64,000 bases of DNA from a virus (Duplodnaviria; Caudoviricetes), in IMG/VR virus record IMGVR_UViG_3300022594_000001. One strand, written 5' to 3'. Positions 27,726 through 37,451 of the stretch are shown here, in pieces. Both the position numbers and the translations under genes were made by a program. The notes beneath the pieces are model-generated. The model was not told the DNA's origin and did no database searches. It was given only the letters and a program-made list of their open reading frames with translations. Each line of letters begins with the position of its first letter. The first letter of the stretch is position 1.

Positions 27726-29549
27726 ATGGATATAAGATCATTAATTACAAAAATGGATTCTATTGAGCAAGGACTCAATGAAGCATTTAACATTAACACA
27801 GTGCAACAACAAGTTGGACAAATTGCCGATGCCGGACAGCGTCATGCACAATTAGCTACAATGGCTCAACAAAATGGACTTCCTGGTTTATATGATCCAG
27901 TGGATGGATCTTATGTTGGTTCAAACGGCAGCACTTCAAGCACTGCACCACACGAAGTTGATAATTTATTAGCATCAAAGGGACTAGTTCCAAAGAACGC
28001 TCATTCATCAACATTCCTAGGTAAAATGTTTGGTACAAGCGGCGATGCATATGATCAAGGACTACGTAGTCAAAGTGATAAAGTTGTTGCTGATCAAACT
28101 TCAGCAGAATTTAAAGCTACTAAGTTTAAAGAATTACAAGACATTATGAAGCAGTTATCTGCTCTTAAGAAAGTTGATTCTACACCAGCAACGACTAAAC
28201 CTGCAACACCTGCAACACCAGCAACAACTACACCAGCAACACCTGCAGCCGGACAAGCTGCAACTCCTGCTAAAGAAAGTAAAGAGTTTTCTTTTGCAGA
28301 TGATTTAATTGAAAGTTTTGGTTACACTGCTACTCCACTTAACGAAGAAGCAGCAACATTAGGACAACAAGCGGCAGTAGGTGCAGCAACATATGGCGGT
28401 GCCAAAGCAGCAGGTAAGATTTTAGGAAAAGCAATTCCGGGTGTTGGTTTAGCATTTGGTGCAGCAGATGCATATAATCGTGCTAAACAAGGCGACTGGG
28501 TAGGCGCTGGACTAGCAGGAGTTAGTGCTGGTTTAAGTTTAATTCCAGGGTTTGGTTGGATTCCAGCCGCTGCTATTGACATGTTTAACTTAGGTCGAGA
28601 TTTACGTGGTCCGACAGCTAGTGCCCAAGGTGCTATGCAGCATCCAGTTGAAAATGGTGCTATTGCACAATTACAAAAAATTATTGGTACAGAAGCAGAC
28701 GGTATATTTGGTCCTAAATCACAAGCTGCATTAAAAGTATGGCAGCAAAAGAAAGGACTTGTATCAGACGGCATTCCTGGTCCTAAAACTATGGCAGCAG
28801 CCGGTATTAAATTACAAGAAGCCTTCCAACCAAGAATTAAAACAACAGCCGAACTAATTAAAGAAACTGCTGATCGTTTAGAAGAAATTAATAACCCGCA
28901 ACCGTTATTGTTTTTAGATGACGTAGGTACAATGTTTGCATTAGCTCCAGATAATCAAGTTTACGAACTAGATGAAGGTACACTAAGCAATGTATGGGAT
29001 GCTATAAAAACTGGCTGGAATGGAAGTAAAGTTGCAACAGGCAAGTTAACCAAAGCTGGTGCTCCACAAATGGTTGGACAAGATAGCAAAGCGTTCCAAA
29101 AAGCACTTGCAGCACGTCCAGGATTAGAGCGCGGTGCATATAATACTTCTAAATTTGTTAAAAACAATCCAGTTAAAACCGCAGCAGCGTTAGGTGCTGC
29201 TGGGTTAGCAGGTGGATATGCTATGGGTAATAACAGTGGTCAAGGTGCTACACCGACTACTGGAGGCGGTGGTGGCGGTGGTGGCGACAAACCTGTTACC
29301 AAACCAGAAGAAAAACAACAAGTTTGCAGTCCAGAACAATTTGCGTTGATTGATAAAGCACGTAAAGTAATGGGCGAACTATCTGATGTTGCTGATAGCG
29401 ATCCAGCATTAGCACAAGTTCTTCAAACATATCAAGGACAAATTGATGCGTTGAATTGTGGAACTGCTCCAGCAGCAGGACAAGGTGCTACACCAGCAGC
29501 AGGCGGTACACCATTAACTAATTTCCAAAGTCAGATTGGCAAACAGTAA
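27726..29549 (+). CDS. modular protein with peptidoglycan-binding domain and Gly-rich hydrophobic segments (possible ejection protein)
   Basis: LQKIIG..ADGIFGPKSQAALKVWQQKKGLVSDGIPGPKT (PG_binding_1-like); GAGLAGVSAGLSLIPGFG hydrophobic segment. Confidence 0.6.
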   Translation: MDIRSLITKMDSIEQGLNEAFNINTVQQQVGQIADAGQRHAQLATMAQQNGLPGLYDPVDGSYVGSNGSTSSTAPHEVDNLLASKGLVPKNAHSSTFLGKMFGTSGDAYDQGLRSQSDKVVADQTSAEFKATKFKELQDIMKQLSALKKVDSTPATTKPATPATPATTTPATPAAGQAATPAKESKEFSFADDLIESFGYTATPLNEEAATLGQQAAVGAATYGGAKAAGKILGKAIPGVGLAFGAADAYNRAKQGDWVGAGLAGVSAGLSLIPGFGWIPAAAIDMFNLGRDLRGPTASAQGAMQHPVENGAIAQLQKIIGTEADGIFGPKSQAALKVWQQKKGLVSDGIPGPKTMAAAGIKLQEAFQPRIKTTAELIKETADRLEEINNPQPLLFLDDVGTMFALAPDNQVYELDEGTLSNVWDAIKTGWNGSKVATGKLTKAGAPQMVGQDSKAFQKALAARPGLERGAYNTSKFVKNNPVKTAAALGAAGLAGGYAMGNNSGQGATPTTGGGGGGGGDKPVTKPEEKQQVCSPEQFALIDKARKVMGELSDVADSDPALAQVLQTYQGQIDALNCGTAPAAGQGATPAAGGTPLTNFQSQIGKQ

Positions 29550-29567
29550 TACTGTACTAACCCAGAG

Positions 29568-29597
29568 AATGGCAGATTAATTCTGCCATTTTTCTTT
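29568..29597 (+). terminator. intrinsic terminator ending the late cargo operon
   Basis: AATGGCAGA-TTAAT-TCTGCCATT followed by TTTCTTT. Confidence 0.75.
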
Positions 29598-29603
29598 TAA
29601 AAG

Positions 29604-29632
29604 TTGACCTATAAACATAAGTAATATACAAT
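29604..29632 (+). promoter_or_regulatory. sigma70-type promoter with nested TAAGTA
   Basis: TTGACC-17bp-TACAAT; TAAGTA 29618-29623; AAGGAG RBS downstream. Confidence 0.7.
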
Positions 29633-29655
29633 TAAGGCTTATTAAGGAGAAACAC

Positions 29656-29913
29656 ATGGGCGGTCGTTCATATGGGCAAGAAGAGAGGGCAAAATTAGAA
29701 CGTTTGATTAGCGAAGGTTCTACAGTACTACGAGAAATCGAAGACTTGCAAGAAGGCTTAAAAGAAACTGTTAAAGCAGTTGCAGAAGAATTGCAAGTTA
29801 AACCAGCAGTTATTAATAAGGCTATTAAGATTGCACACAAAGGCAATTGGTCAGAACATAACGAAGACTGGGAAGAAATCGAAGCTATTTTAGATATTAC
29901 TAAACGTATCTAA
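29656..29913 (+). CDS. T4 DsbA-like dsDNA-binding protein
   Basis: 85 aa, helical; size and pattern (LISEGS...LK..V.EEL.VKP..INK.I...HK) resemble DsbA; strong RBS. Confidence 0.55.
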   Translation: MGGRSYGQEERAKLERLISEGSTVLREIEDLQEGLKETVKAVAEELQVKPAVINKAIKIAHKGNWSEHNEDWEEIEAILDITKRI

Positions 29914-29959
29914 TAAGTATTAAATTATAAAAGGTAGGCGAGGCCTTTAAGCCGCACTG

Positions 29960-29988
29960 TAGGTATTTGTCAGCCTAAAAATGACAAA
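29960..29988 (+). ncRNA. H-type RNA pseudoknot immediately 5' of the DNA polymerase Shine-Dalgarno
   Basis: S1 UAGGU(29960-64)/GCCUA(29973-77), L1=A, S2 UUUGUCA(29966-72)/UGACAAA(29982-88), L3=AAAA, then AGGAGA. Confidence 0.55.
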
Positions 29989-30003
29989 AGGAGAAAATAA
30001 TAC

Positions 30004-32670
30004 ATGTCTTATGTAGACGCATACTTTGATCGCGACAACGACATCATTAAAGTTGTTGAACGCAGTAAAAAAGGTGAACGAGAATTTAAAGATATTCCCG
30101 TTAAACATACCTTTTATTACAAAGACTCAAGAGGAAAACATTTATCAATCTATGGTGATCCCCTTTCACGAGTCATTTGTAAAAATACAAAAGATTTTAG
30201 AAAAGAGTTAGCAATTAACTCAGGCAAACAAATCTTTGAGGGAGATATCAACCCAATCTTTGTTTGTTTATCAGAACACTATATTAATATCGATGCTCCA
30301 AAACTAAACGTAGCGTTTTTTGATATTGAGGTGGACTTTGATCCAGAACGTGGCTATGCAAGTCCAGATGATGCATTTATGCCTATTACTGCGATCGCTG
30401 TTCACCTACAATGGTTAGACACTATGATTTGTTTAGCAATTCCTCCAAAGACATTAACTATGGAAGAAGCTAAGAAGCAAGTCGAAGAATTCCCTAATAC
30501 ATATTTGTTTGATAACGAAGCAGATATGCTAGATATGTTCTTAGATCTAATTCAAGACGCAGATGTGTTAAGTGGATGGAACTCAGAAGGCTTTGATATT
30601 CCATATACCGTTAACCGTGTTACTAAAACATTAAGCAAAGAAGATACAAGACGTTTTTGTTTGTTTAATCAGTTTCCACGTAGACGTGAATACGAAAAGT
30701 TCGGGCGTGATGCAGTAACATTTGATTTAGTCGGTCGTGTACACTTAGATAGTTTAGAATTATATCGCAAATATACGTATGAAGAACGTCATAGCTATCG
30801 ACTAGATGCTATTGCAGAGTATGAACTAGGCGAACGTAAAACACAGTACGAAGGTACATTGGATCAACTATACAACAATGACTTTAAAACATTCATTGAA
30901 TATAACAGACAAGACTGTGCGCTTCTTGATCGTTTAGATAAGAAGCTTAAATTCTTAGACTTAGCTAACACACTAGCACACGAAAACACTGTATTACTAC
31001 AAACTACAATGGGTGCTGTGGCTGTTACTGAACAAGCTATTATTAACGAAGCACATCGTAGAGGTTTCCAAGTACCTAATCGTCCTAAAATGGACGAACG
31101 TGAAAATAACCAAGCTGCCGGTGCGTATGTTGCATATCCTAAAGAGGGTTTGCAAGATTGGGTTGGATCATTGGATATTAACTCACTATATCCTAGTGCA
31201 ATTAGAGCACTTAATATGGGTCCCGAAACCATTGTTGGACAATTGCGTCAAACTAAAACAGATGCATATATCGAAAACCAAATGGCAAAAGGCAAATCAT
31301 TTGCTGCTGCATGGGAAGGTAAGTTTGGTACAGATGAGTATGAAGCTGTAATGGCTCAGGAAATTGGTACTGATATTACTATTGACTGGGAAAATGGTGA
31401 AAGCGATGTAGTTAGTGCTGCTGAAGTATATAGATTAATCTTCGAAAGTAATCAACCATGGATGATTAGTGCTAACGGTACTATCTTTACATGGGAAAAA
31501 GAAGGTATTATCCCAGGTCTACTAAAACGTTGGTATGCAGAACGTAAAGAGATGCAAGCCAAACTAAAGGAGGCTATTAATGCTAGTAACAAAATTGAAG
31601 AAGAATATTGGGACAAGAGACAGTTGGTTAAAAAGATTAACCTTAATTCGCTCTATGGTGCCATTCTTAATCCTGGCTGTCGCTTTTTCGATAAACGTAT
31701 CGGCCAATCTACTACCCTTACTGGACGTCAGATTGCAAAGCACATGGCTGGAAAAGTCAATGAAATCATTGCAGGAGAATATAACCACGTCGGTAAGGCA
31801 ATTATCTATGGAGACACCGACTCATGTTATTTCTCTGCTTATAAAACGCTAAAGAAAGAAATCGATGCTGGGCATATTCCATGGACTAAAGAAAGTGTAG
31901 TGCAGTTATATGATCAAATCGGTGAAGAGGTTAATGCCACATTCCCACAATTCATGCTCGATTATTTCCATTGTCCAAAGCGTATGGGTGAAGTTATTAA
32001 AGCAGGGCGAGAAGTTGTTGGATCTAAAGCATTGTTTATTACTAAAAAGCGTTATGCCGTACTTGTTTATGACAAAGAAGGTAAGCGTAAAGATAAAGAT
32101 GGTAAACCCGGCGACATCAAAGCTATGGGGTTGGACTTAAAACGCTCAGATACTCCTGAATTTATTCAAGACTTCCTAAGCGATGTATTAGAAATGGTAC
32201 TAACTGGTGCTACTGAAAAAGAAGTATTAGACTTTATTACTGAATTTAGAATTAAATTTAAGGCTCGCCCTGGTTGGGAAAAGGGTTCACCAAAACGTGC
32301 CAATAACATTACTATGTATCAAGGTAAAGAAAAAGATAATGGCAAGACTAACATGCCAGGTCATGTACGTGCAAGTATTAATTGGAACACATTAAAGCGC
32401 ATGTTTGATGACAAATACTCAATGAATATTACCGACGGTGCTAAAGTTATTGTATGTAAACTCAAAGCCAACCCATTAGAGTACGCAAGTGTCGCATATC
32501 CAGTCGACGAATTGAGGTTACCCCAGTGGTTTAAAGATTTACCTTTTAATCATGCAGAAATGGAAGCTACTATTATCGATAAGAAGCTAGAAAACCTTAT
32601 TGGTGTATTGAAGTGGCGTATTGCTGACACTGAAGAAAAGAATACATTTAACAGTTTATTCGAGTTCTAA
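30004..32670 (+). CDS. polB: family B DNA polymerase (T4 gp43-like)
   Basis: Exo FDIE, DINSLYPS, KINLNSLYG, YGDTDS. Confidence 0.95.
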   Translation: MSYVDAYFDRDNDIIKVVERSKKGEREFKDIPVKHTFYYKDSRGKHLSIYGDPLSRVICKNTKDFRKELAINSGKQIFEGDINPIFVCLSEHYINIDAPKLNVAFFDIEVDFDPERGYASPDDAFMPITAIAVHLQWLDTMICLAIPPKTLTMEEAKKQVEEFPNTYLFDNEADMLDMFLDLIQDADVLSGWNSEGFDIPYTVNRVTKTLSKEDTRRFCLFNQFPRRREYEKFGRDAVTFDLVGRVHLDSLELYRKYTYEERHSYRLDAIAEYELGERKTQYEGTLDQLYNNDFKTFIEYNRQDCALLDRLDKKLKFLDLANTLAHENTVLLQTTMGAVAVTEQAIINEAHRRGFQVPNRPKMDERENNQAAGAYVAYPKEGLQDWVGSLDINSLYPSAIRALNMGPETIVGQLRQTKTDAYIENQMAKGKSFAAAWEGKFGTDEYEAVMAQEIGTDITIDWENGESDVVSAAEVYRLIFESNQPWMISANGTIFTWEKEGIIPGLLKRWYAERKEMQAKLKEAINASNKIEEEYWDKRQLVKKINLNSLYGAILNPGCRFFDKRIGQSTTLTGRQIAKHMAGKVNEIIAGEYNHVGKAIIYGDTDSCYFSAYKTLKKEIDAGHIPWTKESVVQLYDQIGEEVNATFPQFMLDYFHCPKRMGEVIKAGREVVGSKALFITKKRYAVLVYDKEGKRKDKDGKPGDIKAMGLDLKRSDTPEFIQDFLSDVLEMVLTGATEKEVLDFITEFRIKFKARPGWEKGSPKRANNITMYQGKEKDNGKTNMPGHVRASINWNTLKRMFDDKYSMNITDGAKVIVCKLKANPLEYASVAYPVDELRLPQWFKDLPFNHAEMEATIIDKKLENLIGVLKWRIADTEEKNTFNSLFEF

Positions 32671-32671
32671 T

Positions 32672-33454
32672 ATGAAAATAATTATAGTAGGGTACGGATT
32701 TGTTGGTAAAGCAGTATTCAACGCCCTTAAAACAAAGTACAATGTTGTTATTGTTGATCCGCAGTATACAACAAATGAAATTAAACATCATCCAGATGCT
32801 GATGGTATTATCGTCTGTGTCCCTACACCTAGTTTAGACAACGGTGGATGTGATAGTAGTGCTGTTGCAAATGTGTTAGATCAAGTATTGAATGACAATA
32901 CTCCTATTCTAATTAAAAGCACAGTAACCCCAGTAGTTACTGAAGCGTTAAACGAGATATATTCAAATTTAACCATTACATACAGTCCAGAATTTTTACG
33001 TGCTAAGACTGCCAACCAAGACTTCCTTGATCAGACACACGTAGTTTTTGGCGGTGTAGATCCAGATGGCTTTTGGCAAGATGTGTTTACACCAGTATTA
33101 ACTAACTGCAAACTATACTTTCACTGTAGTCCAACCGAAGCAGCATTGATAAAGTATTCACGAAACGCCTTTTTGGCAACTAAAGTGTCATTCTTTAATC
33201 AATTGTTTGACTTATGCAATGCGTCAGGTGCAGACTTTGATGTAGTTAGACAGTTAGTAGCACAAGATACTCGCATTGGTGCTGGACATAGCCTAGTACC
33301 AGGGCTAGATGGAGAAAGGGGATTCGGTGGTGCGTGTTTCCCTAAGGATACAGCAGCACTTTTACACTATGCAAATAGCAAAGGCATTAATTTAAGCGTT
33401 ATAGATTCGGCTGTTAATTACAATAAAACGGTAAGAAATTCTATTGACATTTAA
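32672..33454 (+). CDS. UDP-glucose/GDP-mannose dehydrogenase family, lacking the C-terminal domain (start reassigned to 32672)
   Basis: GYGFVG, CVPTP, KSTV, SPEFL, KYSRNAFLATKVSF, GFGGACFPKD; 260 aa. Confidence 0.85.
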   Translation: MKIIIVGYGFVGKAVFNALKTKYNVVIVDPQYTTNEIKHHPDADGIIVCVPTPSLDNGGCDSSAVANVLDQVLNDNTPILIKSTVTPVVTEALNEIYSNLTITYSPEFLRAKTANQDFLDQTHVVFGGVDPDGFWQDVFTPVLTNCKLYFHCSPTEAALIKYSRNAFLATKVSFFNQLFDLCNASGADFDVVRQLVAQDTRIGAGHSLVPGLDGERGFGGACFPKDTAALLHYANSKGINLSVIDSAVNYNKTVRNSIDI

Positions 33455-33472
33455 CTAAGATCTAAATAAAAT
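33444..33472 (+). promoter_or_regulatory. sigma70-type promoter with overlapping TAAATA
   Basis: TTGACA-17bp-TAAAAT; TAAATA 33463-33468. Confidence 0.65.
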
Positions 33473-33491
33473 CAACTATACGGAGAAAATC

Positions 33492-34223
33492 ATGAAAGAC
33501 ATTTTACAAGACATCGTAACACATACACATTCACTAGGAATTATTCCTTTGGTGAAGATTACAAGCACAACAGAAAACACAGACATTGAAGCAATGGCCG
33601 AAGATCGTTCTGTTATTGTTAACGCAACAACTAAAACACCAATTAGTAACTTTGAAGGTGTATTTGGTATGCCTAACTTAAACAAATTAGCTATCCACCT
33701 TGCTTGCCCAGAATACAAAGAAAAGGCAAAAATTACTGTGTCAACTGGACAGCGTAACGGAGAAGAAGTTCCAACAGGACTACACTTCGAAAACGAAACA
33801 GGCGACTTTCAAAACGACTATCGTTTTATGAATACAGAAGTTGTCAATGAAAAATTAAAGACTGTTAAATTCAAAGGTGCTACATGGAACATTGAATTTG
33901 AACCAAGCGCAGCAGCTATTCAACGTTTAAAGTTTCAAGCAAACGCAAATAGTGAAGAAACAGTATTCCAAGTTAGTACAGATAACGATAACTTAATTTT
34001 TAACTTTGGTGATGCAAGTACACACGCAGGTAGCTTTATTTTCGAAGCAAATGTTTCAGGTAAATTAAAACAAACTTGGGCATGGCCAGTTACACAAGTT
34101 ATGAGCATTTTATCATTAACTGGCGATAAGACTGTTCGTATTGCAGATGTAGGCGTAATGCAAATTACAGTTGACAGCGGAATGGCTGAATACAACTACT
34201 TTTTACCAGCACAAACAAAGTAA
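33492..34223 (+). CDS. DNA sliding clamp (gp45-like)
   Basis: 243 aa alternating beta/alpha pattern, FGMPNLNKL, position next to the polymerase; clamp loader present in the window. Confidence 0.6.
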   Translation: MKDILQDIVTHTHSLGIIPLVKITSTTENTDIEAMAEDRSVIVNATTKTPISNFEGVFGMPNLNKLAIHLACPEYKEKAKITVSTGQRNGEEVPTGLHFENETGDFQNDYRFMNTEVVNEKLKTVKFKGATWNIEFEPSAAAIQRLKFQANANSEETVFQVSTDNDNLIFNFGDASTHAGSFIFEANVSGKLKQTWAWPVTQVMSILSLTGDKTVRIADVGVMQITVDSGMAEYNYFLPAQTK

Positions 34224-34426
34224 TGGAAACTCACAAAAGAACAGTTGTAAGAATGATCACCTATCGCCTAACAGCGTGGGTGTTCACTATCCTATGGACT
34301 TATTTGTTTACAGGTGACTTAGGAAGTGCTACTGGATTTGCTACAGTACTACATATTCTTTTGAGTATTGACTACTACATACACGAAAGAATCTGGCTAA
34401 AGATTAAATGGGGCAAAATTGAATAA
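34223..34426 (+). CDS. small membrane protein, DUF2061-like
   Basis: ETHKRTVVRMITYR...YYIHERIWLKIKWG. Confidence 0.7.
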   Translation: METHKRTVVRMITYRLTAWVFTILWTYLFTGDLGSATGFATVLHILLSIDYYIHERIWLKIKWGKIE

Positions 34427-36203
34427 GAATTTAACAGCAACACAAAACGACTACGCAGTATTTTTGCCCGCAACATCTGGATTTTATGCTACCTTTATTG
34501 GTAGACAGCACTATGGTAACTATGTAGATCCTGCACGTATACCAGCGCCATGGGCAAGTGGTATGGACGGGCTTAATTATCTAGAACCAGATAAGGGCGA
34601 GTTTTACTATAGATGGTGTTTGTATTCAGCAGGACATGCTAATTTAGATCTCACTAAACCGGATCAATGCGAAGATATGTTCCGCAAACGAGACCGTTCA
34701 ACATCTTGGGTGTTAGGCGACTCGGGCGGATTCCAGATCGGTAAAGGTGTATGGGAAGGTGAATGGAGAGATCCAACTGGTCCAGAAGTACAGGCTAAAA
34801 TGGCAGAATGTATTGCCAAAGGCATAGAGCTTGTACCCGTTATTGACGCAACCGGTAACCACGCTCTTGATAAGAAAGGCAATCCTAAGTACACTAAAGT
34901 CGATCACGTTAAGCAATATCAAGCAAAACTTGATGCGGCACATAAGAAGCGTACACAGGTGTTAACCTGGATGGACACACTTATGGACTATGGTATGGTC
35001 CTTGATATTCCAGCGTGGGTTGAACGTAGTCCAGCAGGACGTGCAGCAACTGGCATTACTAGCTATGACGAAGCTGTAGACGCAACTAGATACAATAACT
35101 CATACTGGATACAACACCGAACAGGTGCTTGTAAGTTTTTAAACGTTTTACAAGGCGAGAATCACGCACAAGCAGAAGACTGGTATCAAAAGATGAAAGA
35201 CTTTTGCGATCCTAACATCTATGGAGATAAAGCCTTTAACGGCTGGGCCATGGGTGGACAGAATATGTGCGATGTACACTTAGTACTAAAAAGATTAGTT
35301 GCATTACGATTTGACGGACTACTTGAAAAGGGTCAACATGATTGGATGCACTTCTTGGGCACCTCTAAATTAGAGTGGGCTGTTTTATTAACTGATATTC
35401 AACGAGCTGTAAGGAAATACCACAATGAAAACTTTACCATATCTTTTGACTGCGCCTCACCGTTTTTGGCAACAGCAAACGGACAAATCTACATCCAAAC
35501 AGAACTCACCGACAGACAAAAGTGGGTCTACAGAATGGTGCCGTCTGCTGATGACAAAAAGTACGCTCAAGACACAAGACTCTTCAAAGACGCAGTAATT
35601 CAAGATAAAATTTTTAGTAACTTTGATCCAAGTCCGTTAATTGATCAAGTTCGGATTAATGAAATTTGTATTTACGGTGCCGGCACACCTAAACCAGGTG
35701 TTACAAATCCAGACCCAACAAATTTAAATGATTGGTTAATTCCTCCAGACTTAAACAAGTTAGGTAAAGTTAGCAATCGCACAAGTTGGGATTCATTTAG
35801 CTATGCTATACAAATGGGTCATAATGTATGGAGTCATATCAATGCTGTGCAAACAGCTAACCAAGCATACGACAGCAACATTATGCCAGCAATGATGGAT
35901 ACAGTATACGCACATAGAAAGAAAGATTTCTTTTACGACTTGCGTTATTTTAAAGATATGGTTGAAGCTATCTTTGCAGCAACTACTAGAGACGAAGCAA
36001 ACAGACTAGTCGATCTTTATAAAAATTATTTTGATACTATTATTGGTACTAGAGGCAATACTGGTAACAAAATGACTAATGCAAGTAGTCAGTTTAGTGT
36101 ATTATTTGACATCGACGAGGACCCTGCTTCAGACGAACATGGTGATGAATTTACTGACGAAGAAATTCATAAACTTGACGACTTAGAGGATAGTGTAAAA
36201 TGA
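34419..36203 (+). CDS. dpdA: DNA 7-deazaguanine transglycosylase (DpdA/TGT family)
   Basis: GDSGGFQIG, MVLDIP, WAMGG, HFLGTS, SFDCASP TGT-barrel motifs; folE and queE nearby. Confidence 0.8.
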   Translation: MNKNLTATQNDYAVFLPATSGFYATFIGRQHYGNYVDPARIPAPWASGMDGLNYLEPDKGEFYYRWCLYSAGHANLDLTKPDQCEDMFRKRDRSTSWVLGDSGGFQIGKGVWEGEWRDPTGPEVQAKMAECIAKGIELVPVIDATGNHALDKKGNPKYTKVDHVKQYQAKLDAAHKKRTQVLTWMDTLMDYGMVLDIPAWVERSPAGRAATGITSYDEAVDATRYNNSYWIQHRTGACKFLNVLQGENHAQAEDWYQKMKDFCDPNIYGDKAFNGWAMGGQNMCDVHLVLKRLVALRFDGLLEKGQHDWMHFLGTSKLEWAVLLTDIQRAVRKYHNENFTISFDCASPFLATANGQIYIQTELTDRQKWVYRMVPSADDKKYAQDTRLFKDAVIQDKIFSNFDPSPLIDQVRINEICIYGAGTPKPGVTNPDPTNLNDWLIPPDLNKLGKVSNRTSWDSFSYAIQMGHNVWSHINAVQTANQAYDSNIMPAMMDTVYAHRKKDFFYDLRYFKDMVEAIFAATTRDEANRLVDLYKNYFDTIIGTRGNTGNKMTNASSQFSVLFDIDEDPASDEHGDEFTDEEIHKLDDLEDSVK

Positions 36204-37420
36204 AAAGACGCATCGGAGTCATCGGTGTAGGCAGTGCAGGTATTGTTACACTATGCAAACTGCTAGCATCATTAAGTAATGAATGGGATGTTGTTTCAAT
36301 ATATAATCCAAATATTCCTATTTTAGGAATAGGTGAAAGTACTAATCCTAGTTTTATTCGACTATTAGAACTAGGAACTAGATTTTCTCTCTTAGCAGAT
36401 ACTGATAAACTTGATAGCACTTTAAAATTTGGTACACAGTTTATTAATTGGAGAGATGAGCCGTGGCTTAATCCGTTATTAAGCGGTGGAGTTGCTGTTC
36501 ATTTTAATAACTTTAAATTAAAAGAATTTGCTTTTTCCAGATTTCCAACATTGTGGCCAGAAAAATTTAAAGTTATAGAAGGAAATGTTGATAAAGTTAC
36601 TAACACTAACGATAACGTTACCTTAGAAATCAATGGCAAGGAAGAAGTATTTGATTGGGTTATTGACTGCGGTGGATTTCCTAGCGACGAAGATGAGTAC
36701 ATTAAAAGCACATGTACTATTATGAATCGCTGTTTAGTCTACAGCTTTTTGGAATTTGACCCAATACAATACACTGAGCACATTGCAACACCTAACGGTT
36801 GGATGTTTGGCATTCCACTACAATCAAGAAAAACTTACGGATACTTGTTTAACGATGTAATTACGCCTGTTGAAGAAGCTCAGAAAGATATGGCTAGCAT
36901 ATTAAAAATAGGTGTTGATCAATTAACTACCTCTAACGAGTATCGAGAATATGCATTTAACTCATACTATACATCAAAATTTGTTAACAAACGAGTAATG
37001 AAGAATGGTAATAGAGCATTGTTTTTTGAACCTATTAGTGCAACATCAATTAATCAATACATTGCCACTTGTGATTTAATAATTCAAGTGCTGCTAAATG
37101 GCATGAATGAACCAGAAGCAAATGCGCAGTTTATTCACGAATCACAAATTACTGAAGATATTCTTAATTTTTACTATCACGGTGGTACTACATTTGATAC
37201 ACCATTTTGGCGAGCTGCAAAAGAAAACTCTATCAAACAATTAGACAATAATTTTAGATTTAATTACGTGCTCGATCTTAATCAAAGAGCAATGTCATAC
37301 GGATTGCCATACAACGGACAGGCACATTTATTTTCAAACTATTCACTAGTTGTTATGGATGAGGCATTTGGATATAATTATTTCAAAGGTGCTCCTCGTC
37401 CGTTTAGCCATCCTACTTGA
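36200..37420 (+). CDS. flavin-dependent halogenase (tryptophan halogenase family)
   Basis: GVGSAG, GIGEST, TLKFGTQFINW (catalytic Lys position), DCGGF, GWMFGIP (WxWxIP variant), FFEPISATSI; ATGA overlap with dpdA. Confidence 0.8.
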   Translation: MKRRIGVIGVGSAGIVTLCKLLASLSNEWDVVSIYNPNIPILGIGESTNPSFIRLLELGTRFSLLADTDKLDSTLKFGTQFINWRDEPWLNPLLSGGVAVHFNNFKLKEFAFSRFPTLWPEKFKVIEGNVDKVTNTNDNVTLEINGKEEVFDWVIDCGGFPSDEDEYIKSTCTIMNRCLVYSFLEFDPIQYTEHIATPNGWMFGIPLQSRKTYGYLFNDVITPVEEAQKDMASILKIGVDQLTTSNEYREYAFNSYYTSKFVNKRVMKNGNRALFFEPISATSINQYIATCDLIIQVLLNGMNEPEANAQFIHESQITEDILNFYYHGGTTFDTPFWRAAKENSIKQLDNNFRFNYVLDLNQRAMSYGLPYNGQAHLFSNYSLVVMDEAFGYNYFKGAPRPFSHPT

Positions 37421-37445
37421 TTTTACATTACATTTATCGTATAAT
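37417..37445 (+). promoter_or_regulatory. sigma70-type promoter, predicted leaderless
   Basis: TTGATT-17bp-TATAAT, 6 nt before the ATG at 37452. Confidence 0.65.
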
Positions 37446-37451
37446 ACACAC

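Noticed and set aside
29914-30003. preQ1 riboswitch interpretation of the polymerase leader
   Set aside because: It is an H-type pseudoknot with an A-rich loop, but it lacks the preQ1-I loop consensus and has a 7-bp second stem; kept only as a generic pseudoknot
30004-32670. Intein or intron in the DNA polymerase
   Set aside because: Continuous 888-aa ORF of normal size with no splicing or homing-endonuclease motifs
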